Origin: Opitutus sp. GAS368
Lineage (GTDB): Bacteria; Verrucomicrobiota; Verrucomicrobiia; Opitutales; Opitutaceae
DNA length: 29,800 nucleotides
Direction of reading: 5' to 3'
NCBI GenBank assembly: GCA_945861645.1
Contig: CAMAVZ010000024.1
Span: 1 to 29,800, forward strand
The notes under the pieces were generated by a model. That model ran no database searches and was not told the DNA's origin. It saw only the letters and a list, made by a program, of their open reading frames with translations. Positions 16,012-25,166 of the stretch are shown here, in pieces; within the stretch, counting starts at the first letter, position 1, and every line of letters starts with the position of its first letter. Made by a program: the position numbers and the translations under genes.

Positions 16012-18732
16012 ATGTCCTCGATCACCAAGAGCTACGAATCCCGCGACGTTGAAAGTAAGTGGTATGCCGCCTGGCAGCAGGCCGGCTGCTTTGCGGGTCA
16101 GCCGCACCTGACGCGCTCACCGTATTGTATTATGATTCCGCCGCCTAATGTAACGGGCGTGCTGACCATGGGTCACGTATTGAACAACACGATCCAGGAC
16201 GTGCTCATCCGGCGCGCTCGCCTCGAGGGGCAGGCCGCGCTGTGGCTACCGGGAACCGATCATGCCGGGATCGCGACGCAGACGGTGGTGGAGCGTGAAT
16301 TGCGGAAGGAGAAAAAAACTCGCCATCATTTAGGGCGGGAGAAATTTCTCGAGAAGGTCTGGTCGTGGCGCGAGGAGAAGGGGGGGATTATTTTGCAGCA
16401 ATTGCAGGCGCTGGGCGCCTCGGCCGATTGGAGTCGGACGCAGTTTACGATGGACCCGCACTATTCGTCCGCGGTGCTCAAGGTGTTCGTCGATCTTTTC
16501 CAGAAGGGCCACATCTATCGCGGCAAGCGGATGGTTAATTGGTGCCCCGTGAGTTTGACGGCACTTTCTGATGAGGAAGTAATTATGAAGCCGGTTAAGG
16601 GTTTCATGTACCACGTGCGTTACGAGCTGGTGAACCAGCCGGGGAAATTCATTGCAGTCAAAACCACGCGACCAGAAACAATTCCTGGTGACGTGGCGAT
16701 TGCGGTGCATCCCGATGATCCGCGTTACGCCGCCTTAGTTGGCCAGCAAGTCTGGCGGCCGTTAAATCGTGAAAAAATCACCATCATTGCTGATGCCGTG
16801 GTGGATTCGCAGTTCGGTACCGGAGCACTTAAAATCACCCCAGCGCACGACAAGGTGGATTTTGAGATTGGTCAGCGCCACCAGCTACCACCGATCGACG
16901 TGCTCAATCCTGATGGCACGCTCAACGAGTTGGCCGGTCCGGGGTTGGCCGGGCTAGAGCGTTTTGCCGGTCGTCAGCAGGCGGTCTTGTTGCTGCAAGC
17001 GGTAGGGGCGCTCGTGCAAGCAGAACCTTACGAAAATAATGTCGGTTATTCGGAGCGAGCCGATGTGCCCATTGAGCCGCGCCTCACTTGGCAGTGGTGG
17101 CTGCGTTATCCCAAAGTGGAGGAGGCCAAAACCGCAGTTCGCGATGGCCATATTAAATTTCACCCTGAGCGTTGGGCCAAGGTTTACCTGCACTGGCTCG
17201 AAAATATTCAAGACTGGTGTATCAGTCGCCAGCTTTGGTGGGGCCATCGGATTCCCGTTTGGTATGCCAAGGGTTTTGATCAGGAGCAACTGACCGCGGC
17301 GGATCTGAATGATCCGACTAAGGTTCATGTCTCGCTGACAGGTCCGGTCGATCCTGCCAACTGGGTCCAAGAGGATGATGTGCTGGATACGTGGGCCTCA
17401 TCTTGGCTGTGGCCCTTCGCGACGCTCGGGTGGCCGGATGGAGCCGCGATGAAATCAGCGGGCTACGATTATTTTTATCCTACGACGACCCTCGTCACCG
17501 GCCCAGATATTATTTTCTTCTGGGTCGCTCGAATGATTATGGCCGGACTGGAATTCGTGCGCCCGGGCGAGTCACTGGAGCGCCGGATTCCTTTTAAGCA
17601 TGTTTATTTTACGGGCATTATCCGTGACCAACAGGGGCGCAAGATGTCCAAGTCTCTGGGCAATTCGCCCGATCCGCTTGATTTAATTGCGAAGTATGGG
17701 GCGGATGGCCTGCGCTTTGGGATTATTTCCATCGCGCCCCAAGGGCAGGATATTCGCTTCCAAGAAGACCGCATCGAGTCAGGGAAGAATTTTTGTAATA
17801 AATTATGGAATGCATGTCGCTTTCGCCAAATGAGTGGAGCGATGGCTGATAATTCTTCGCTTGAGGCCGTGCTCGCGCGGCTGGAGCCCGCAAAATTTGA
17901 CGCCGATGATCATGCGATTCTTGATCGTTTATTTGCGACCACGCACGAAGTTGATCGCTGCTTCACCGCCTTTGAATTTAGTGCGGCGGTCCAAGCACTC
18001 TACGGCTTTTTCTGGAATGATTTCTGCGACTGGTACGTCGAGGTGTCTAAGACCAAGCTGCAAACTCCAACGACCAAGGATAATTGCTTGGCGATTCAAG
18101 ATCTTGTGTTGCGGCAGGTGTTACTGTTGCTGCATCCCTTCACGCCTTTTATCACCGAGGAGCTCTGGCAGCAATTAGGTTACGGGGCGGCGGGCACTTT
18201 CCTCATGCGCGATACTCCGCTTGGCAATTTGCCGGAGCTCGTGGGTCAGACGTTGCAACTGGATACCGCAGCGGCGACCCAGATCGGTCAGTTAAAGGCC
18301 GTCGTCTCGCAGGTTCGCGCTTTTAAGGCCGAGCAGGGTGAAGCCGCGAGCAAGGTCTCAGAATTTATTGTGGAAACGACGGACGCTCATTGGGCGGTGC
18401 TCGAGATCAATCTGGGCAAGCTGCTGCGCATGATGGGAGCTAGCTCAATTGTCCGGGGAGCAATGTCTGCTGCCGCCCCGGCCATTGTAACAAATTATGG
18501 CTCCTGGAATCTAATCAAGCAGCTGAAGGGCGATCCCGTGGCAGAGAAAGCGCGCCTGATTAAAGAGCTGGGCTCGCTCGCTAAACATATCGCGGGCACC
18601 ACCGCGCGGCTCGCGAATGAGGCTTTTGTGAGTAAGGCCCCGCCGGCTGTCTTGGATGGCGCTCGTCAGCAATTAGCCGAGCAAACAGCTAAACAAGCTG
18701 AACTGGAGCGTTTGTTAAAGGCGCTCGGCTGA
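16012..18732 (+). CDS. valS: Valine--tRNA ligase
   Basis: PPPNVTGVLTMGH (HIGH-like), PGTDHAGIATQ, DWCISRQLWWGHRIP, KMSKS, C-terminal coiled coil. ATG at 16012 is the likely start. Confidence 0.98.
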   Translation: MSSITKSYESRDVESKWYAAWQQAGCFAGQPHLTRSPYCIMIPPPNVTGVLTMGHVLNNTIQDVLIRRARLEGQAALWLPGTDHAGIATQTVVERELRKEKKTRHHLGREKFLEKVWSWREEKGGIILQQLQALGASADWSRTQFTMDPHYSSAVLKVFVDLFQKGHIYRGKRMVNWCPVSLTALSDEEVIMKPVKGFMYHVRYELVNQPGKFIAVKTTRPETIPGDVAIAVHPDDPRYAALVGQQVWRPLNREKITIIADAVVDSQFGTGALKITPAHDKVDFEIGQRHQLPPIDVLNPDGTLNELAGPGLAGLERFAGRQQAVLLLQAVGALVQAEPYENNVGYSERADVPIEPRLTWQWWLRYPKVEEAKTAVRDGHIKFHPERWAKVYLHWLENIQDWCISRQLWWGHRIPVWYAKGFDQEQLTAADLNDPTKVHVSLTGPVDPANWVQEDDVLDTWASSWLWPFATLGWPDGAAMKSAGYDYFYPTTTLVTGPDIIFFWVARMIMAGLEFVRPGESLERRIPFKHVYFTGIIRDQQGRKMSKSLGNSPDPLDLIAKYGADGLRFGIISIAPQGQDIRFQEDRIESGKNFCNKLWNACRFRQMSGAMADNSSLEAVLARLEPAKFDADDHAILDRLFATTHEVDRCFTAFEFSAAVQALYGFFWNDFCDWYVEVSKTKLQTPTTKDNCLAIQDLVLRQVLLLLHPFTPFITEELWQQLGYGAAGTFLMRDTPLGNLPELVGQTLQLDTAAATQIGQLKAVVSQVRAFKAEQGEAASKVSEFIVETTDAHWAVLEINLGKLLRMMGASSIVRGAMSAAAPAIVTNYGSWNLIKQLKGDPVAEKARLIKELGSLAKHIAGTTARLANEAFVSKAPPAVLDGARQQLAEQTAKQAELERLLKALG

Positions 18733-18792
18733 GCTGGCGGCTGCTGCAGGGCTTGCCTGTCCTCGGAAAATTTATCTAGCTCCATATCATTC

Positions 18793-19827
18793 ATGAAAAA
18801 AGCACTGATCACCGGCATCACTGGCCAAGATGGTTCTTACCTCGCCGAGTTGCTGCTCGCCAAGGGCTACGAGGTGCACGGCATCATTCGCCGCGCCTCG
18901 ACCTTTAACACCAGCCGGATTGATCACTTGAATTTTGACCGCCATGCCAACGGGGCCAAACTGACGCTGCATTATGGTGATCTCGCTGATGCAGTGCAGA
19001 TGGTGAAGTTACTTTACGAACTGCAGCCGAATGAAATCTACAATCTGGCGGCGCAGTCACACGTGCGCGTGTCGTTCGACATTCCGGAGTATACCGGTGA
19101 TATCGATGGGCAGGGGGCGCTGCGCATTTTGGAAGCTATTCGCGAAGCGGGGTTGGTGAAGAAAACGCGTTTTTATCAAGCCTCGTCCTCGGAAATGTTC
19201 GGTAAGGTGCAGGAGGTGCCGCAGACGGAGACCACGCCCTTCTGGCCTCGCTCGCCCTATGGTTGCGCCAAGGTTTATGCCTATTGGCTGACAGTAAATT
19301 TTCGCGAGAGCTACAATCTTCACGCGAGCAATGGTATTTTATTTAACCATGAGTCGCCGCGGCGTGGGGAAACTTTCGTGACGCGTAAAATCACGCGAGC
19401 GGCCACCCGCATCAAATTAGGCCTCCAGGACTCCATTTACCTCGGGAACATCGACGCCAAACGCGATTGGGGCTACGCCAAGGAATATGTGGAAATGATG
19501 TGGCTGATGCTGCAGCAGGATAAGCCCGATGATTACGTCGTGGCCACCAATGAGACGCACAGCGTGCAGGAGTTTTGTGAAGTGGCCTTCGGTCTGCTGG
19601 ACTTAGACTGGGCTAAATATGTAAAGCACGACGCTCGTTATGAGCGTCCCGCCGAAGTTGAATTGCTGATTGGCAATCCCGCGAAGGCGGAAAAGCAGCT
19701 CGGTTGGAAGCCCAAGGTACTCTTTAAGGATTTGGTGAAGATCATGATTGAGCATGACCTTGAGCTCGCCAAACGCGAAGCGCAGATCGCTCGTTTGCCT
19801 TCGCCGCATAAGTCAGCGCACGCATGA
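18793..19827 (+). CDS. gmd: GDP-mannose 4,6-dehydratase
   Basis: [60 protein letters not shown]. Confidence 0.98.
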   Translation: MKKALITGITGQDGSYLAELLLAKGYEVHGIIRRASTFNTSRIDHLNFDRHANGAKLTLHYGDLADAVQMVKLLYELQPNEIYNLAAQSHVRVSFDIPEYTGDIDGQGALRILEAIREAGLVKKTRFYQASSSEMFGKVQEVPQTETTPFWPRSPYGCAKVYAYWLTVNFRESYNLHASNGILFNHESPRRGETFVTRKITRAATRIKLGLQDSIYLGNIDAKRDWGYAKEYVEMMWLMLQQDKPDDYVVATNETHSVQEFCEVAFGLLDLDWAKYVKHDARYERPAEVELLIGNPAKAEKQLGWKPKVLFKDLVKIMIEHDLELAKREAQIARLPSPHKSAHA

Positions 19828-20759
19828 AGCTATTTGTTGCCGGACACCAAGGGATGGTGGGCGCGGCGTTAGTGCGCCGTTTCCAGCGTGAGCCTGCGGT
19901 TAATTTGCTGCTCCGAACTCGCGCGGAGCTTGATCTGACCAATCAGGCTGCGGTGGCCGCTTTCTTCGCGACCGAAAAGCCGGATGTCGCGATCATCGCC
20001 GCGGCCAAAGTAGGCGGCATTCATGCTAATAGCACGTATCCCGCTGAATTTTTATTGGAAAATCTCGCCATCGCCACCAACACGATTCAAGGCGCTTATC
20101 AGGCGGGGGTATCCCGGTTGTTATTTTTAGGCAGCTCGTGCATTTATCCTAAGCTAGCCGTTCAGCCGATGGCGGAGAGCTCCCTGCTGACTGGGGCGCT
20201 TGAGTCAACGAACGAGGCTTATGCAATTGCGAAGATCGCGGGGTTAAAGCTTTGCGAGTACTATCGGAAGCAATACGGGGTGCTCTATCATGCCGCCATG
20301 CCGACGAACCTTTATGGTCCGGGCGACAATTATCATGCGCAGAATTCGCACGTGCTCCCGGCCCTCATTCGGAGATTTCATGAGGCCAAGGTCGCCGGCC
20401 GTCCGGAAGTCGTGGCGTGGGGGACGGGTAAGCCGCAGCGGGAATTTTTATACGTGGATGAGCTGGCGGACGCTTGCACTTTTTTGCTGAAGCTGGCGAA
20501 TCCACCCGACCTGATCAATGTGGGCACAGGGACCGAGGTTACGATCAAGGAGCTGACAGAGTTGGTAGCCGCCGCGACGGGCTTCGCGGGAAAAATCACG
20601 TGGGATGCGACCAAGCCTGATGGGACTCCGCGCAAATTGATGGATGGGGGGCGCCTGACCGCGCTCGGCTGGCAGGCGCGGATCGGTCTGCGCGAGGGTA
20701 TCGCAAAAACATATGCTAGCTTCCTCGCTGAGCAGGCCACGGGCCGGTGGCGGAGCTGA
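19824..20759 (+). CDS. fcl: GDP-L-fucose synthase
   Basis: [65 protein letters not shown] overlap with gmd. Confidence 0.97.
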   Translation: MKLFVAGHQGMVGAALVRRFQREPAVNLLLRTRAELDLTNQAAVAAFFATEKPDVAIIAAAKVGGIHANSTYPAEFLLENLAIATNTIQGAYQAGVSRLLFLGSSCIYPKLAVQPMAESSLLTGALESTNEAYAIAKIAGLKLCEYYRKQYGVLYHAAMPTNLYGPGDNYHAQNSHVLPALIRRFHEAKVAGRPEVVAWGTGKPQREFLYVDELADACTFLLKLANPPDLINVGTGTEVTIKELTELVAAATGFAGKITWDATKPDGTPRKLMDGGRLTALGWQARIGLREGIAKTYASFLAEQATGRWRS

Positions 20760-20823
20760 AAATTGGCCGGGAGCGACTTTCCGCTTGCGGAGGGAGCGCG
20801 AGTGCCAAGCTTGAGGGACTGCC

Positions 20824-21967
20824 ATGATTGAACCCGAGACCTTTTCCTACCTTGAGAACATAAAGAAGCGTGCTGGCTACTTATGGAGGTTTCTTTGACG
20901 TCGAACAAAAGCAGCGAGAAATAGAGGCGCTGGAGGCCCAAATGGGTGAGTCGGGCTTTTGGGATACCCCTGATCGGGCGCAAAAGCACATCGCCAAGGT
21001 CAATAGCTTGAAGCGCGTCATTAGCGGCTTAGTGATTTTCAATAAACGGGTTGATGATGCCGCCGTGATGGCGGAGTTAATCGAAGCCTCTTCACCGGCT
21101 GAGCAGGAGGAGTACGCCAAAGAGCTTAATGGCTCGGTGCCGGCGATGGTGGAGGATCTCGACAAGCTCGAGATTGCCTCGTTCCTCACGGGCCAGTTTG
21201 ATCGCAACAACGCGATTTTTAGTATTCAGGCCGGCGCCGGCGGCACGGAGTCCAATGACTGGGCGGATATTTTGTTCCGGATGTATGCACGCTGGACGGA
21301 GCGGAAGGGCTATACGATTGAGCTAATGGATGTGCAGCCGGGTGATACGGCGGGTATTTCCAAAGCGACCATCCTAATTAAGGGCGAAAACGCCTATGGT
21401 TATGCGAAGGCCGAACGCGGGGTGCACCGCCTGGTGCGCATAAGCCCCTTCGATTCGAATAAACGCCGGCACACCTCGTTCTGCGCGGTCGACGTCGTGG
21501 CGGAAATAACGGAGGAAATCGCTCTTGATATTCCGGAGGACGAAATTCGCACCGATGTCTATCGCTCTTCCGGCAAAGGCGGCCAAGGCGTTAACACCAC
21601 CGATTCGGCCGTGCGGCTGACGCACATGCCCTCGGGCATTGTCGTGGTTTGCCAAAACGAACGTTCCCAGATCAAGAACAAGGCGACAGCCATGGTCGTC
21701 TTGAAAGCCCGCCTCTACGAGAAACGGTTGGATGATAAGCGCAGCGAGATGGAAAAATTTTATGGCGAGAAGGGCGAAATTGGCTTCGGGAGCCAAATTC
21801 GCAGTTACGTGCTCCAGCCCTACCAAATGGTGAAAGACCTGCGCACGGGCGTCAGCACGAGCGATACCCAAGGGGTCCTCGACGGTGATCTTGACCGCTT
21901 TATTTACGGTTGGTTGCGTGCGGGCTGCCCGCGGCATCGCAACAAGGACATTCAGATGGATGACTAA
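20824..21967 (+). CDS. prfB: Peptide chain release factor 2, expressed through a programmed +1 frameshift
   Basis: ATG 20824 gives [24 protein letters not shown], then CTT-TGA-C at 20893-20899; the +1 frame continues DVEQKQRE... and contains the SPF and GGQ motifs. Confidence 0.97.
20885..20899 (+). promoter_or_regulatory. prfB +1 frameshift signal (internal Shine-Dalgarno plus CTTTGAC)
   Basis: GGAGG-TTT-CTT-TGA-C, the canonical RF2 autoregulatory arrangement. Confidence 0.95.
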
Positions 21968-22019
21968 TCAACTTTCTCGTTCCAGCTAACCAAACGAGCG
22001 ACTGAACCATCACTGTCCC

Positions 22020-23459
22020 ATGTCCGCCTTGTCCTACGAGACACTCCGCGCTGCTTTCGACGGCCAGTCGCTGTTTGAGAATAAAACCTGGCAGTTGTCC
22101 CCGGAAGCCTGGCCCCTGACGCCAGAGCAAATTACCCAGTTGGAGCAGATTGGGGCAGCGTGCTTAGAATTTCATCAAGCGCTCGAAATTCTCTATCTCC
22201 GCTCGGTAGCGGGAAAAAATTTGCTACGTAATAAGTCATTGTTGGCGCCGTGGGTAGCTGAGTACTTAGATCGTGGCAAGCCAGCCAATCTCGTCGAGCA
22301 TGCGCGTGACCCCAAAAATCGGGGAGCTTTCCCGCCGGTGCTACGCCCTGACCTTTTATTAACAGACGATGGTTTTGTGCTCACGGAATTGGATTCCGTC
22401 CCTGGGGGAATTGGGCTGACGGCATTCTTAAATCGGCTGTATAGCCCGGGGGAATCGACGGCGACGCCGGAGACTGGTGGTGAGGCGATCCTCGGTGCGG
22501 GTGATCGCATGGTGGAAAATTTCTACCAAGCCCTAGCAACGTTGCGGCCTGAGTCGAGAAACCCGCTCATCGTTATTCTCGTGAGTGAGGAAGCAGCGAC
22601 TTACCGTCCCGAGATGCGGTGGTTGGCCGAGCAATTGCAGCGCCTGGGTCGGCGGGTTTATTGTCTCCGCCCCGAGGATGTTTTCCCGCTCGGCGGGGAA
22701 TTATTTTTTGCGGTCGAGGGCACGCCGGAGAAGATCGATATCATTTATCGTTTTTTTGAACTCTTTGACTGGGCGAATGTGCGGATTGCCACAGATATTT
22801 TAGAAGCGTGGCAGAGTGGGGCGGTGACAATTTCGCCCCCGATGCGGCCTTTTCAGGAGGAAAAATTGGCTTTGGCTTTATTTCATCATCATCTCTTGCC
22901 GGAGTTTTGGGCGGAAAATATCAGCCGGCCGCATCTCGAGTTGCTGCGGAAGATTATCCCCGCTTCTTGGGTGATGGATCCCGCAGTGCTTCCGCCCGGG
23001 GCGGTTTTAGATGGCCCGCGGGTCGGGGGGCGCCTTTTGAATGACTGGCGCGAGCTCAGTGGGGCCTCGCAGAAAGAGCGGGATTTAATTATCAAGATAT
23101 CTGGTTTTCATGAAACGGCGTGGGGCGCGCGCAGTGTGATTTTGGGCAGTGATTGTTCGCGCGAAGAGTGGCAGGCTGGAGTGGCGCAGGCGCTCGAGTT
23201 GGCGCCGCGCAATTTGCATCTGCTCCAAGAATATAAAAAGCCGCGGCGGCTCGAGCACTTGCTTTACGAGGAAAATCGGCCGAGCTCGGCCGCAGTAGCG
23301 AAGGCCGGTCGGCTCCGCTTGTGTCCTTACTATTTCGTAGTTGGAGGGCAGGCTCGCTTATCGGGGGCTCTGGCAACTTTTTGCCCGCCCGACAAAAAAA
23401 TCATTCACGGGATGGTCGATGCGGCCTTGCTTCCGTGTAGAGTGTTCACCTTGGGGTAG
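22020..23459 (+). CDS. Uncharacterised protein, probable ATP-grasp/glutathionylspermidine-synthase-like ligase fold
   Basis: 479-aa ORF with RPDLLL...FVLTELDSVPGGIG, DIIYRFFE, EEKLALAL, LIIKISG...WGARSV and LLQEY, in the order seen in circularly permuted ATP-grasp ligases. Confidence 0.55.
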   Translation: MSALSYETLRAAFDGQSLFENKTWQLSPEAWPLTPEQITQLEQIGAACLEFHQALEILYLRSVAGKNLLRNKSLLAPWVAEYLDRGKPANLVEHARDPKNRGAFPPVLRPDLLLTDDGFVLTELDSVPGGIGLTAFLNRLYSPGESTATPETGGEAILGAGDRMVENFYQALATLRPESRNPLIVILVSEEAATYRPEMRWLAEQLQRLGRRVYCLRPEDVFPLGGELFFAVEGTPEKIDIIYRFFELFDWANVRIATDILEAWQSGAVTISPPMRPFQEEKLALALFHHHLLPEFWAENISRPHLELLRKIIPASWVMDPAVLPPGAVLDGPRVGGRLLNDWRELSGASQKERDLIIKISGFHETAWGARSVILGSDCSREEWQAGVAQALELAPRNLHLLQEYKKPRRLEHLLYEENRPSSAAVAKAGRLRLCPYYFVVGGQARLSGALATFCPPDKKIIHGMVDAALLPCRVFTLG

Positions 23460-23693
23460 GGTTGAGCCTGCTCGGTTTTGTCGGTTTTTAGGCGGCGCTA
23501 GCGGCCGAGACCTTGCCGCAGCCCCGGACCAAAGCGACGCACGATGATGCGGTGGCTCAGAATGCGCGGGGGGATATTTACGCCCAAGCCTTGCTCGGTG
23601 TGCCGCCGCGCGGCGACGCTCCCCTGATGGGCGTGGCGGGTCGCAGTCGCTCTCGGTTGGACGTCATCGTCAGCCGAGAGCCCGCGCCGTTCA

Positions 23694-23945
23694 TCAGGCA
23701 ACAGCGACCTGACCGGCGAGAGTCGGCGTGGTGCTCTGCTTGGCCAAGTGATTAAAGAATTGATCACGGCGCTCACGGGCGGTCGTGAGACACTTGGTGC
23801 CTAAGGAGCGACGGATGCGCTCTTTTGTGAAAGGGGTCGGGTAGACCGTGTAATGCAAGAACCACGTTCCGTTGTTGTTCCAGAGGTGGTGGTTGGGATT
23901 CGCTTCGCTGATGCGAAGGGCGGCGAGGGTGATGACGTTGGACAT
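23694..23945 (-). CDS. Small basic protein resembling an integrase arm-type (three-stranded beta-sheet plus helix) DNA-binding domain
   Basis: ATG start, 83 aa, NPNHHLWNNNGTWFLHYTVYPTPFTKERIRRSLGTKCLTTARERRDQF. It is the first gene after a riboswitch and terminator leader. Confidence 0.75.
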   Translation of the reverse strand: MSNVITLAALRISEANPNHHLWNNNGTWFLHYTVYPTPFTKERIRRSLGTKCLTTARERRDQFFNHLAKQSTTPTLAGQVAVA

Positions 23946-23998
23946 GATGCGTGAGCGGTTGAGTTTTAACTAATCGTTCGCGCACCAGGGTGTTCCCT

Positions 23999-24044
23999 AA
24001 AAAACGAAAGCCGCCTGAGAGCATCAGGCGGCTTTCCGTTTTTT
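23999..24044 (-). terminator. Intrinsic terminator forming the riboswitch expression platform
   Basis: Minus strand GAAAGCCGCCTGA-TGCTC-TCAGGCGGCTTTC followed by GTTTTTT: a perfect 13-bp stem (24006-24018 with 24024-24036) about 55 nt before the ATG. Confidence 0.9.
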
Positions 24045-24048
24045 GAGG

Positions 24049-24180
24049 AGGAGTTTTTTTGTTAGAAGGTGTGACCCCTCTCACATCCGGGTGACTCGCG
24101 TCACTCGAAACCACCGTGATCACTCCTAGACCCGGTTGGCAGAACCGACTGTTGCCAGTCGATCCTTTCCTGATGCGAGG
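24049..24180 (-). ncRNA. SAM riboswitch, SAM-I/IV-type architecture
   Basis: Minus strand: P1 CUCGCAUC/GAUGUGAG; J1/2 AGGAA; P2 GAUCGACUG-GCAA-CAGUCGGUU; P3 GCCAACCG...ACGGUGGU with the CAAC/GUG SAM pocket; P4 GUGAC-GCGA-GUCAC; a P5 hairpin after P1; and a 3' ACUCCU (24054-24049) complementary to the P3 loop AGGAGU (24127-24122), the PK2 pseudoknot. Confidence 0.85.
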
Positions 24181-24377
24181 TGAAGAGTGCAAACCGGCGA
24201 CCGGAAGACCAGATAAATTTTTTTATCACCGCCGAAAAAATTTATACCCATCAGCAAGTTGTTGCATTTTTATTAGTTACGTCAGTTAAAGTAGAAAAAA
24301 TATTATTCGGCTGAAATATTTTCACGCGGCAAAGTCTGTCTGATTTGCGTTTTAGGGGAGTTGGCTAAGCTGAGATA

Positions 24378-25142
24378 ATGCTCCGTCTTGATGATATTCG
24401 TGCCCAAATCGCTCCAGCCCGCGCTCGTTTGCTCGCTCATTCGCTGTATGCGCGGATGGCTTCGCTCGATGATGTGCAACGCTTCATGGAATCCCACATT
24501 TTTGCGGTTTGGGATTTCATGTCGCTCCTCAAGCGGCTCCAGCGCGACCTGACCTGCCTCGATCTTCCTTGGGTTCCGGTGGGTGAGGCGGAGGTGCGTT
24601 TCCTGATCAATGAAATTGTGTGCGGTGAAGAGTCAGACGTCGATCCTGCCGGAACGCGGATCAGCCATTTTGAGCTCTATCTGCGTGCGATGCATGAAGC
24701 CGGGGCGGTCGCCACGGCAATCAACGGGGCCCTCGCCAGCGTGCGCGCTGGTGGAGCGACGGCGGTGGCACTGAAGAAAGCGGGAGTTCCCTTAGGTGCG
24801 GCGGAATTTTCGGCGGAAACCTTTCGGCTGGCCGGGCAGGGTGAAACGCATGAAGTAGCGGCCGCTTTTACGTTTGGCCGAGAAGATCTTATTCCGGATA
24901 TGTTCATGCAACTCGTGACGCGGTTAAGCCGCGAACATCCGGGAAAACTTGATACATTTCGTTATTATTTAGAGCGGCACATCGAGGTCGATGGTGGTCA
25001 TCATGGCGCCATCGCTTTGCGGATGGTGGAGCGGCTCTGCGGCGACGATGAGCTGAAATGGCAGGAGGCGGGGCGCGCGGCCCTCGCCTCGATCGAGGCC
25101 CGCATTCGTCTGTGGGACGCGATCGTCGCCACGTTGGTCTAA
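24378..25142 (+). CDS. DUF3050 family protein (heme-oxygenase-like fold)
   Basis: FMESHIFAVWDFMSLLKRLQ, LINEIVCGEESD, SHFELYLRAM, FTFGREDLIPDMF, YYLERHIEVDGGHHG. Confidence 0.88.
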   Translation: MLRLDDIRAQIAPARARLLAHSLYARMASLDDVQRFMESHIFAVWDFMSLLKRLQRDLTCLDLPWVPVGEAEVRFLINEIVCGEESDVDPAGTRISHFELYLRAMHEAGAVATAINGALASVRAGGATAVALKKAGVPLGAAEFSAETFRLAGQGETHEVAAAFTFGREDLIPDMFMQLVTRLSREHPGKLDTFRYYLERHIEVDGGHHGAIALRMVERLCGDDELKWQEAGRAALASIEARIRLWDAIVATLV

Positions 25143-25166
25143 GGCGCGGGCACAATAATAGCCCAT

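Noticed and set aside
23540-23635. Second SAM aptamer (minus-strand CATCAGGGGAG...GAGCAAGG)
   Set aside because: It lacks the CAACC/GGTG P3 core and a matching P1 3' strand.
23773-24192. 139-aa minus-strand ORF
   Set aside because: It runs through the riboswitch and terminator and overlaps the better-supported 83-aa gene in another frame.
24224-24233. TATCACCGCC, matching a lambda operator half-site
   Set aside because: Only one half-site, with no lambdoid repressor context; most likely coincidence.
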